Below, piece by piece: positions 14,601-26,844 of a DNA stretch of 64,000 bases. Within the stretch, counting starts at the first letter, position 1. Each line of letters opens with the position of its first letter. The stretch is from Haliotis rufescens. Lineage: Eukaryota. A model generated the notes under the pieces. The model ran no database searches, was not told where the DNA came from, and saw only the letters and a program-made list of their open reading frames with translations. Position numbers and translations under genes: made by a program. The stretch covers positions 49,414,001 to 49,478,000 of the forward strand of contig NW_025964372.1 of NCBI RefSeq assembly GCF_023055435.1. The letters are read 5' to 3'.

Positions 14601-16990
14601 ACACATCCCTCTATCCACCACACACATCCCTCTATCCACCACATACATCCCTCTATCCACCACATACATCCCTCTATCCACCACACACATCCCTCTATCC
14701 ACCACACACATCCCTCTATCCACCACACACATCCCTCCATCCACCACACACATCCCTTCATCCACCACACACATCCCTCTATCCACCACACACATCCCTC
14801 CATCCACCACACTCATCCCTCCGTCCACCACACACATCCCTCTATCCACCACACACATCCCTTTGTCCACCACACACATTCCTCTATCCACCACACACAT
14901 CCTCTATCCACCACACACATCCCTCCGTCCACCACACTCATCCCTCTATCCACCACACACATCCCTCTATCCACCACACACATCCCTCCATCCACCACAC
15001 TCATCCCTCCGTCCACCACACACTATCCTCCGTCCACCACACATATCCCTCTATCCACCACACACATCCCTCTATCCACCACACACATCCCTTCATCCAC
15101 CACACACACCCCTCCATCCACCACACTCATCCCTCTATCCACCACACACATCCCTCTATCCACCACACACATCCCTTCATCCACCACACACATCCCTCCA
15201 TCCACCACACTCATCCCTCTATCCACCACACACATCCCTCTATCCACCACACACATACCTCTATCCACCACACACATCCCTCTATCCACCACACACATCC
15301 CTCTATCCACCACACACATCCCTCCGTCCACCACACACATCCCTCTATCCACCACACACATCCCTCTATCCACCACACACATCCCTCTATCCACCACACA
15401 CATCCCTCTATCCACCACACACATCCCTACGTCCACCACACACATCCCTCTATCCACCACACAGACACCCTATCCACCACACACATCCCTCCATCCACCA
15501 CACACATCTCTCCGTCCACCACACACATCCCTCCATCCACCACACACATCCATCTATCCACCACACACATCCCTCCGTCCACCACACACATCCCTGCATC
15601 CACCACACACATCCCTCTATCCACCACACACATCCCTCTATCCACCACACACATCCCTCTATCCACCACACACATCCCTACGTCCACCACACACATCCCT
15701 CTATTCACCACACAGACACCCTATCCACCACACACATCCCTCCATCCACCACACACATCTCTCCGTCCACCACACACATCCCTCCATCCACCACACACAT
15801 CCATCTATCCACCACACACATCCCTCTATCCACCACACACATCCCTCTATCCACCACACACATTCCTCCATCCACCACACACATCCCTCCATCCACCACA
15901 CACATCCCTCTATCCACCACACACATCCCTCTATCCACCACACACATCCCTCCATCCACCACACACATCCCTCTATCCACTACACACTATCCTCCGTCCA
16001 CCACACACATCCCTCTATCCACCACACACATTCCTCTATCCACCACACACATCCTCTATCCACCACACACATCCCTCCGTCCACCACACACATCCCTCTA
16101 TCCACCACACACATCCCTCTATCCACCACACACATCCCTCTGTCCACCACATACATCCCTCTATCCACCACACACATCCCTCCATCCACCACACACATCC
16201 CTCTATCCACCACACACTATCCTCTATCCACCACACACATCCTTCTCTCAACCACACACATTCCTCTATCCACCACACACATCCTCTATCCACCACACAC
16301 ATCCCTCCGTCCACCACACACATCCCTCTATCCACCACACACATACCTCTATCCACCACACACATCCCTCTATCCACCACACACATCCCTCTATCCACCA
16401 CACACATCCCTCTGTCCACCACATACATCCCTCTATCCACCACACACATACCTCCATCCACCACACACATCCCTCTATCCACCACCCACTATCCTCTATC
16501 CACCACACACATCCCTCTCTCCACCACACACATTCCTCTATCCACCACACACATCCCTCTATCCACCACACACATCCCTCTGTCCACCACACACATCCCT
16601 CTATCCACCACACACATCCCTCTATCCACCACACACATCCCTCTATCCACCACACACATCCCTCTATCCACCACACACATACCTCCATCCACCACACACA
16701 TCCGTCTATCCACCACACACATCCCTCTATCCACCACACACATCCCTTCATCCACCACACACATCCCTCTATCCACTACACACTATCCTCCGTCCACCAC
16801 ACATATCCCTCCATCCACCACACACATCCCACCATCCACCACACACACCCCTCCATCCACCACACACATCCCTTCGTCCACGACACACCCCCCTCCATCC
16901 ACCACACACATCCCTTCGCCCACCACACACATCCCTCCATCACCTCACACACATCCCTTCGTCCTCCACACACATCCTTCCATCCACCCC
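11648..16990. repeat. 5.3-kb 21-bp minisatellite (CCACCACACACATCCCTC[C/T]AT) with a 962-bp higher-order duplication
   Basis: Tandem array; variant blocks recur exactly 962 nt apart (e.g. 11831 and 12793). Confidence 0.97.
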
Positions 16991-17639
16991 AAAAGAAAAC
17001 AGCCTTGAGATTTCCCATCACCTCAAGGTGATAAGTCGTTGCATAACCAAAGCACAGTTCAGACTGTTCTGATGTAATAAGAGGAGTTTACTTGAAATGG
17101 CATAGAAAAATTATTACTATGACAATTTATTACAGTTGTCATGGAACATACACAAAGAATGTCATAACATCTACTTACCATTCCCTAAAGATGTCCCACA
17201 TTACACTTCACTATTAAACACGTTACCTCTGGCATATTAAACACAAAGTCGTTGCACATGAACAGTAAGAGCTTACCTTAGAACAAAAGCTTGAAAAACG
17301 GCGAGCGCGAAAGGGTGTGTGATCGATGTCACCTGTTATTCCAGTTGAAACAACTTCCGCGTTCGCTATCTGTATACGTATGTGATCACGTGATGATAAC
17401 TGTCCTTTTTTTTATCTCCTGATAGGGCGGTAGGGTACACGTAGTGTTTTAGTTAAGTTTGTTCTGCTCACCGAGTGTCCGGGTTCAATCCTCAAAATGG
17501 GTACAATAAGTATCTGTGACTTCAAGGAAAAGGGTCGGTTAGCCTCTGTGACTTATGGAGAAGGATAAAGTCAGTTCTGATAAAATTGTACTCATGAACA
17601 GTGTCTGGTAGGTACATCGACGAAATGACTGGACTTATT

Positions 17640-17960
17640 TATGGCACGGGCAGAAATACATCTCCAGTCTTTGATTACTGATTGATTTCGAAAGCATTTG
17701 ACACTGTTGACTGGATATTTAATTTCAAATTAGTGTTCCTATACGAAGATACTTTAAAAAATTTCATCGGGGAATTCAATCTAATTTGTGTGTAAATGGC
17801 CAAGGTTATGCCATGTTTAATATATCTGGAGGGTGTCGCCAAGGTGACCCCCTTTCGCCGTATATATTTATCTTATCTGCCGAAAAACTCGCAACACTGA
17901 CAAGAAATAATAAAAACATAAAAGGCATAAATATTGAATATTTGCTTGCCTATGATCCTA
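17640..17960 (+). mobile_element. L1/Tx1-like RT fragment (duplicate at about 24590-24900)
   Basis: LIDFE.AFDTVDW and GCRQGDPLSPYIFILSAEKLA...IKGINI motifs. Confidence 0.7.
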
Positions 17961-17965
17961 CTTGT

Positions 17966-20900
17966 AACCCCGGGGCACTCGTGAAGAGCAACCTCCCCGT
18001 GGTGAGTGTTGTGGGTAACGGTCTTCTCCCGTTTGGGCCCGTGGTGGAATGTGTCCACAGCACCCCATTGCTTGTCGTATGAGGCGTAATTGGGCAACCG
18101 TTTGCCGTGGGTTGCATCCCTGTGTCAGTGTAAGAAGGGATTGTTGTGTTTGAGGGCACTGAGCCAGGAACAGTGTTCCTTTTGCCCAACACACCACTTT
18201 GACCCTAACTTCACCTAGATGGTTGTAGAATGGGTTTTATCAATCGGACGCCATGCCCTGAGCATGGTCCACTTTGATTTTGAATATATATACTTACATT
18301 CCACAAAATAATTATGGAAAACATCAAAATTTGTATGTGTTATTAATCTGCCTAGAGTCCCATGCCTGAAGGCGGTGGCTCATGGGCCAATCTGGCATTA
18401 TTGACCTCCGGGTTCTATTTGTCTTCAGAAAATTGCCAAGGGCGGAACCAGCCTGACTTTATTTCTGTTTGACTCTCTTAGCTACCCGTGTCTGTATTGC
18501 TCGAGTATAGCATGCCTTGTGTTTGTAGTCGGCTCCCACTATAGCACCGTCCTTGTTGACACTCCATGGTGGGTGGGGAGCAGGAGTGTCGAATATCCTT
18601 TTTTCATTATTGCTTCCCCACAGATCACTGGTTCTCGACAAAAAAATAAAAGAAGGCATATTGATACAGATCCTGCAATATCTTCTGATGAGGATTCTGT
18701 ACAAACTATTGATTCTTGGCCACGATTTCTGGTAGTTGAAGGGGTTGATGGTGAACCTCTCAAACTCAATCCCTTTGTAGTTTCAAAATCAGTAGAAGGT
18801 ATTTGTGGTACTGTGAAGAATGTTACTCGTTTCCGATCCGGTTCACTGCTTGTAGAGTGTGCAAGGAGACAGCAATCTCTGAATTTGCACATACAGAGAT
18901 TCATGTAGAGGCATTGTACGTGGCTGTGCAAAGTGCCTCTCAGACATGTCTGTAGAAGAGATTGTTGCAGAGTTGATGTCTCAAGGTGTATCTTCGATGA
19001 AACGGTTTACAAGTAAAGATGGTTACACCATCATAAAAACAACTACTTACCTTTTCACTTTTAACCTCACTAAGCTTCCTTCCTCAAATTTAAGCCGGTT
19101 ATTTCAACATCGGAGTAGATGTTTATATTGCAAATCCGCTCCGTTGTTTTAAATGTCAACAGAGCAATATCCTGTCGCCATACTCAAGTTTGCTCCCGCT
19201 GCAGTAAGACCCCTGATAGCACTGACTGCACAGATACCATAAAATGTGCAAACTGCAGCGGTGATCACATGTCCACTTCTAAATCATGTCCCTCTTTTGT
19301 GACACAAACTATAGTTCTAAAACTGAAATACACAAATGATGTCTCATTTACAGACGCGAAGAAGTTGGTTACAAGTGAATCAACCACTGCCACTTCTTCA
19401 CGGAACTATTCTGCTGCAATCTCCTCTTCTCCAATCAAGGCTGATAATAGCTGTCAAACAGCTCTTAGCTGGGTGGGGGCACGGGTGGCCCAGTCGTCTA
19501 AGGTGCTGTGATTCGCTGTGCAGAGTTGCGTCCCTTGGGCACGCCAGAAACCCATGATTGTGGGTTCGAATTCTGGTTCACCCCGATTATGTTTCTAGGA
19601 TTGTCAGCACCGTGCTCGTGGGTTTCACCGAAGTGGTAAACGTCTGAGACCTGCATCACTTCGGGCTTTTCTCCCACATTAAGCTGACACGCCACAATAT
19701 AACTGCAATACTGTTAAAAGCGGCGTCAAACCCAACTCACTCACTCACTCACTTAGCTGGGTATCCACTGACCAGAAAATTTTAAATCCAATAGATACTG
19801 TCATCTGCACTTAATCTTCTTCAGCGTCACAAACTGAACCGCTGCCGGAAGCTGTACCTTTACCAGAACCTGCCATTCACCCAGGGTTTTGTAGCTGACC
19901 TCAAAACTAATAGATATCTCACGAACAAAGAAAGAGAATAATGACGAGAAGAAGCAAGTGCCCTTAAACATGTTGGTTCACAGCTATATACCTAAATTTC
20001 AAAGATACCAAAAGCAGCAGGAAAAGTATTAGTTTTAATTCAGATAACTGGGAAGATTATAATGAAGTCTTTTCCATTCATGAGCTTCATACTGCCATTG
20101 GGCCAGCTCATGATACTGCTTCAGGGGCTGATATTGAAAGTTGTTTCAAACTCAATGTGGGGAGGGGAGGGGCTTGTAAAGTAATTTAAAATTATTAGAT
20201 ACTACACATCATCAAGGCCTGAGGCTTTGCCTTGGCGATTTCAGAACTTCGCCTATTGATAGTTTGTACGAAGAAGCTGATGAAACGTCCCATATACCGT
20301 CTCATTAAATAATCTTTACAGTATATCACAAACTTACGTTCTAATAACTCGAATCCAGAATATGACTGTATTTTAATCCCCTTTATGAAAATCTCTACAA
20401 TTAAAAAAATCATTTCTCCCTCCACTTGGAATAAGGCTACGTTCTGATATTTCTGCTGCTGAAATAAATCTTGATACTGTAGCCTCCACTCAGCTTTTGT
20501 CTTCTTCGCCATGGCAGTTAGTGAAACCAGGGGTGGATCTAACATTAACTCAACTTAAGAAATCTGAAACAAATCAGCTAATTTATCAACAACAATATAA
20601 CGAATTAAGAAACACATATGATACTTACAAATCTATATTTACAGATGGATCCAAGGATGGTGACGCTGTTGCCAGCGCCAGTGTCATTGAATCCAGGACT
20701 ATGTCATCCCGATTACCAGATAATTGTTCTATTTTTACAGCAGAAGCAAATGCTATTTTTAACAGATCGTCCATTTTGTATCCCTTGTGATGAAATAATC
20801 ACAGTCAAACACGCCTCTGCTTGACTGTGTTGATTTTTCCATCATAAGGTATAAATATTTCAAATCATCATCAATAAGGATCTTTTAATACTATCAATTC

Positions 20901-21455
20901 TCATTTAGTTAAAGTTTTTAAAAAAGAAATTGAACTTATTGATACATTCTAAATTGTGTAGATAGCTATATTTTATAATGGTAATGTATAATTTGTAACT
21001 TATATGGTCAGTGGCTGTATCCTCAAAGGGGGTTAAAGTAGCGTAAAATTAGTGTCCCCTGAGAGGATATGTAGGGCTGTATCAGTACATTATTCATACC
21101 TCAGTTTCAAACGTAGAATATTTGTATATTTTAACTAATCGATTCATTGCGTACCATCATCAGCAACTGAAGGGAAGGTGTAAATCCTGCTGGGGAACTG
21201 TGCAGGTAGCTGAAGTATTGTAAGTCCCCACGGTCCCTAGTAAGGTTGCTGGTGATCTACAGCCCATTTTTATATTGTATTGTTGATTGAAAATATATTC
21301 TTTTCAACGTTCTCAACTAGGTTTAAAACCGAAACTGTTATACCCTAGTTATTTTACTGTCCTCCGTTTTTATTCCATATAAATCTATGTATTATGTGTC
21401 AGTTCTCATGACGATATGGCTGAAATATTGCCGATGTGACGTTAAATTTTATTCA
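17966..21455 (+). mobile_element. Internally deleted I/Nimb-clade LINE (5' UTR, ORF1 remnant, RNase H remnant, 3' UTR)
   Basis: ORF1 motifs WPRFLVVE...LNPFVVSK...RSGSLLVEC and zinc knuckles (CSRCSK, CANCSGDH); RNase H IFTDGSK...SIFTAEA. A second 3' end is at about 51905-52380. Confidence 0.85.
19476..19752 (+). mobile_element. SINE family 3 (tRNA head with long variable region; copies about 30852-31097, 31127-31400, 36230-36490, 50350-50592, 57918-57972)
   Basis: GGTGGCCCAGTCGTCTAAGG A box, GGGTTCGAAT B box, (CACT)n tail; flanked by CTTAGCTGGGT target duplication. Confidence 0.8.
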
Positions 21456-21518
21456 CGTGTTCCGGTTCAACCCTTAACATGGGTACAATACGTATCTGTG
21501 ACTTCAAGGAGAAGGTCA

Positions 21519-21763
21519 ATCCATGAAGATCCGGGGTAGAATAAGTCTTTAGCAACCCATGCTTGTTGTAAAGATGACTAACGGGATCGGGTGGTCAGAT
21601 TCGCTGACTTGGTTGATGCATGTAATCGTATCCAAATTGCGTGAATAGATGCTCATGACATAACTGGAGTGTCTGGTCCAGACTTGATTATTGACAGACA
21701 GCCGTCATATAGCTGGAAAATTGCTGAGTGCGGCGTTAAACAACAAACAGACAAACAAACAAA
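21519..21763 (+). mobile_element. Family-2 headless SINE-like element
   Basis: GAAGATCCGGGGTAGAATA...GCGGCGTTAAAC(AAAC)n with GAGAAGGTC target duplication. Confidence 0.8.
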
Positions 21764-21794
21764 TGAGAAGGTCCGGTTAGTCTCTGTGACTTAT

Positions 21795-21958
21795 GGGGGC
21801 GGCCGGGTAGCCTAATGGTTAAAGCGTTCGCTCGTCACGCCGGAGACCCGGGTTCGATTCCCGACATGGGCACAATGTGTGAAGCACATTTCTGGTGTCC
21901 CCCGCCGTGATATTGCTGGAATATTGCTTAATGCGACGTAAAACCATATTCACTCACT
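21795..21958 (+). mobile_element. SINE family 1
   Basis: Full copy with TCTGTGACTTATGG target duplication. Confidence 0.9.
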
Positions 21959-22079
21959 CTGTGACTTATGGAGAAGGATAAAGTTAGTTCTAATGTGATT
22001 GTACTCATAAACGGTGACCAAAAGGGATTTATGTGTGGTAGGTACATCGGCAAAATGACTAGAATGACTCCGCTGTAAG

Positions 22080-24580
22080 TATACTTACTGCAGCAATTTG
22101 TATGTCAGCTGACAGTATGAAAAAACATATATACACACAAAATGTATCCCAGCCATGGTTTGATAAGGAATGTATAGGATGGAGAGAAATAGACTTTTAA
22201 AGACATTTAGACATTTTAAAGCTGGTAAAGATCTAGAGAACTTCATTGCAGCACGCAATATGTACACTGGGGTTATCAGGAAGTAAAAACCGTGTGTGTC
22301 GAAATGTTCAAATTGTTAACGATACCAGGTACTTTTGAAGGACGTTGAAACACTGTACATCAACAACCAAAAATAAATCGCCTATACGTATTGACACTTG
22401 GTACGAGCACTTTAAAAAATTGTTTTATATTTCTGATAAGCAACATATGGTTGATGATGATGAGGATAATAATGTATATGAAGCTGTTCATGAACTTGAT
22501 GATATATCTACCTCTATCTTGGACTCTCGTATTTCACAAGAAGAAATATTAAAAGCAATATCACAGCTAAAATGTTCAAAATCTGCTGGATTGGATAATA
22601 TAATCCCAGAGTTTTGTAGCTGCTCAAGATATTCTGGTCTATCGAACTTGTGTTTTTGATATTATTTTTTTGATACTGGTAAATTGCCAAAGGCCTGGTG
22701 TTCAGGTATTTTGATCCCTTTGTATAAAACGGATGATGTATCCTCTCCCAATAATCATAGAGGAAAAACTCCATTAAGCGCATTTAGTAAACTCTACACA
22801 GCAGTATTAAATAATAGATTGTCATATTGGGCCAGCGCCTATGAGAAAATAGTTGAATCACAAGCTGGTTTTCGCAAGGGGTATAGTACAACAGACAATA
22901 TATACATACCACAAGCAGTTATTCAACGTTACGTATGAAACAGTCATGGCAAGATTTATGCACTATTTACAGATTTTCAGTAAGCTTTTGATCTTGTAAA
23001 TAGATCTAAATTATGGGCAATCTTATTACAGCAAGGAGTCTCACCTAAATTTGTGAAGTCTATACAATATATCAATGAACGTTTCAAGGCCAGTGTCAGA
23101 TCCAATAACATCTTTTCGGAGGAATGTAATTGTACTCTTGGTTCAAGACAAGGTTGTGTATTAAGCCCAATGTTGTTTTCTATGTTCATCAATGATCTGG
23201 CAAGAGATATAGAATTATCATATTCGCATGGAATACAACTACATCCCGATCTTGTTCAACTTTTTTTTGTTATTATTTGTTTATATTAGTTTCTGATAGT
23301 GTGTATGGACTTCAGCAACGTATTAATACATTGAAATTGTTTTGCGATGAAAATTATTTATATGTAAATTTAGAGAAAACCAAGGTTGTTGTTTTTAAAA
23401 GAGGTGGTATATTATCAAGGCATGAGAAATGTTTTTTTTAATGGAGTCAACCTCGATTGTGAAAACTCCTATAAATATTTAGGCCTAACATTTACCAGGT
23501 CTTTATCATGGGGTAAGGGGCGGTCGGGTAGCCTAGTGGTTAAAGCGTTCGCTCGTCACGCCGAAATTCCGGGTTCGATTCCCGACATGGGTACAATGTG
23601 TGATGCCAATTTCTGGTGTCCCCCGCCGTGATATTGCTGGAATATTGCTAAAAGCGGCGTAAAACCATACTCAATTACAAAAAAAATCATGGGGTAAACA
23701 TGTAAAGGATGCAGCGTTAGAAGCAAAGAAAGTGTTATTTGGAGTACTTAAATTTTTACCTGAAGCCGTTATCCTTACTCAACCTCAAATCATGTTGTGA
23801 GAGGTGAATGTGTACGTTATCCGCTGTATACTTATGCGTTTTAAAGAGCTGTTACATACTGGTGTAATATTTTGAAAATGACAGACTCACGATATGTCAA
23901 ACGATGTTATAACATGCAACGTTAGGAGCCCCATAATGTTAAAATTAATTGGGCTTCAAAATTAGAACGAATTATTCAGGTGACAGGTTTTGGCCTTGTT
24001 GGGGAGCACCGATGTATTACGAATATCCCCATCTTTATAAAGGAATTTCAATGTAGATTAAAATCTTCATATGAACAAGACTGGCAAGCAACTCTTTCAG
24101 AAAGCTCAAAATCATATAACTATTCGTTGTATAAGCAAACTTTTGGCCTGGAAATATATATTACTTTATGTTACCACAAGAGAAATTTAGACATGCTCTG
24201 GCTAGATGACGTTGTAGTTCCCATCACTTTCGGATAGAATCTGGTAGACACAAAATGGAACCTAGAGTGGAACGAGTTTGCAAAGCATGTAAATACAATT
24301 ATGTTGAAGATGAGTACCATTTTATTCTAATATGCAAATGTTTCCAGATTCTTGGGGCAGAATTTATACCAAGAAAATATTATGAATTGCCAACAAGTTC
24401 AACATCCTAATGGCATCTGTCCATCGAGCAACTGTACAAAGTCCTCCTTTGTTTATTGTTAAAGCCATGTATCTTATAAAATCATTGTTAAATACATAAA
24501 TGTGCTCCTCGAACTTCCACTGTACATTTACCGTTTGTATCATGGGCATGTGGTCTACAATACACTTGAATAAAAACTAC
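22080..24580 (+). mobile_element. Decayed L2/CR1-like LINE ORF2 (RT) with nested SINE at 23517-23672
   Basis: KSAGLDNI, ESQAGFRKGYSTTDNI, KAFDLV, GSRQGCVLSPMLFSMFINDL, YKYLG, C-terminal VEDEYHFILIC; AATAAA at the 3' end; many stops and frameshifts. Confidence 0.85.
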
Positions 24581-25771
24581 ATGTAGAGTAGAATAATTTA
24601 TGGCATTTGCAGAAACACACCTCCGATCTTTCATTTCTGATTTATTTGAAAAAACATTTGGCACCGTTGACTGGATATTTAGTTGTTAAATTTTGTGTTC
24701 CTATATGTAGATAGTTTAAAATTGTGTATCGGGAGAATAAAATCTATTGTGTTTGTAAATGACCAAGGTTCTGCCATGTTTATATTTTAGGGGGGTGTCG
24801 CCAAGGTGACACGAATATTTGCTTGCCTATGATAGTACTAGTAGCCTCGGCGGATCTGAATGTTATCATTTTTCTGTATTACATATCCTTGCAAAATGCT
24901 CAGATTTAAAACCATTACATACATTTATCATATAATGGGTAGGTTTCTCGGCAGGATAAAGCCAACGGATAAAAACGATATCCGTTGGGATCATATGCGG
25001 ATAGAGATGCAAATATCAAAGGTCAAGTAGGGACTACTTTCAGTGTTTATAAACAAACATGGCGCCGCACTTGTCATTCGGCGATCGAGTCATAATTTAC
25101 CATCCTGAATATGGATAAACTACAGGGATAATTGCTATAATTATAACAAAAAAACAGTCTTATATACTGAAAATCAGTGTCTATCTGCGACGTAACTAAG
25201 GCATTTTATAAGTTTGGGCAACTTTGGAGATATAAATTTCGAAACAATTTTGCGAGGGCACTAGGCCTAGTCAAGCGGGATCAGTAGCCATATCTGTGCT
25301 TGTAGACCATTGCGGCTTGAAACCTTTTCCACAAATAAAAATAGTTGGATTTAGGCGAAATATGTATGAATTGTTACCTCGTTTCGTTTTGGCGCGGTGT
25401 GTACATCTGACTGAACTTCTTAACATTTTGACAGAACAGGCCGACTGCCAACAACGTCTGAACATGGCCGTGACGTCTCATAGACTAGGGTTAGAGTAGC
25501 TTCCCTTTGACAAAGGGCAGTTACACTAGCGGACAAACCGATGCATTGTCGCGAAAGGCAAGTAAAAACAATTGTTGTTTTGCGTATATGTTGCTTCGCC
25601 AATGTATAAGAAACAGATTTCACTTGGAACTATATTGACTACTGTCATTGTCCGACTGACACATCACTTACCCTGTGACGCACATTCCAGGAAAACTCGC
25701 AAAGTTTAGGTAATGTTTGTGAGTGAGGGGAAGCGATTTTCAAGCACAGAATTGAAGAATGACATTATATG

Positions 25772-25933
25772 ATAAAGAGGTTATCACGCTTGTGTGTTTA
25801 GGGGTGGTAAATATCCTGTATTAGGAATAAACACTATGTATTTAGCTCGCCAAGGCTCGCTAAATACAACGTTTATTCCTAATGCAGGATATTTACCATC
25901 CCCAAACACACTCGCGTGATAACCTCTATTTAT
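25772..25933. mobile_element. Hairpin (palindromic) non-autonomous DNA element
   Basis: Roughly 65-bp arms AGAGGTTATCACGC...AGGAATAAAC / GTTTATTCCT...GCGTGATAACCTCT around a CTCGCCAAGGCTCG core. Confidence 0.7.
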
Positions 25934-26844
25934 CGGTTATAATTCAAAAACTACTGGTCTGACTGGCAGAGGATGGTCATTGGTTGTTTCAGTGTTGTTG
26001 AGGCGGTTAATGGTTGCCCTGCACTAAGAGCCCGCGTCCAGTTTACCTGAAGCCCATTCACGTTGATTTGTGATAGTCATGGCATCTACTGTTTTAAAGC
26101 GTTCGCTCATCACGCCGAAGACCCGGGTTCGATTCCCGACATGGGCACAATGTGTGAAGCCCATTTCTGGTGTCCCCCGCCGTGATATTGCTGGAATATT
26201 GCTAAAAGCGGCATAGAACCATATTGACACCCGCACTACCCACGGGGTGACGATACACTTGGTGAGATATTAACTTTATCCCATCAGTACTTCACAAGTG
26301 TGTTGTACAAGGTTCAGGTCTCCGTGGCCTCTGACCATGGAGACTCCACTCGTTTCCTCAAGAATATAACGAGAATGAGTGTAGTTTAATGCTGGTAGTT
26401 AAATACAAGATACTTCAAAATAGGGGTAGTAGTCATTTTCTTGGAATTCTAAAATTCTAAGAGGAATAATTTTATTAATAATGTAATGTAATAATTCCTC
26501 ATTGATGATATCTCTGCGAAAATTGGGAATTGGACATGTAGGGCAATGGGCACCAATCGTACCCCCCTTCGTGCTAATCCGTCTCTTTGTGCATATGAAT
26601 CGCGAAAGAACTGTACCGTTTGGTGTCTACATTTCAAAATTGTCAGGGCACAGTCGAGCTTGCTCGTTCTACGAAACTTTCGAAGGCGTCTTGCAACTCT
26701 TTGTTAAAAAGTAGGTTGGGTTACTGTGGATCACTGTGGATCACTGTGAACGGATCAGCTTTACCAAGCATATCAATGTAACACTTCAAGCACAGAGCGG
26801 TCTATATAGACCACAACGACTATACCCTTGTGTTCAAGCGTTTC

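Noticed and set aside
11621-17072. Very long ORFs (up to 1725 aa) on both strands
   Set aside because: By-product of a stop-free 21-bp minisatellite; frames swap peptide type at indels; no signal peptide or unique domain.
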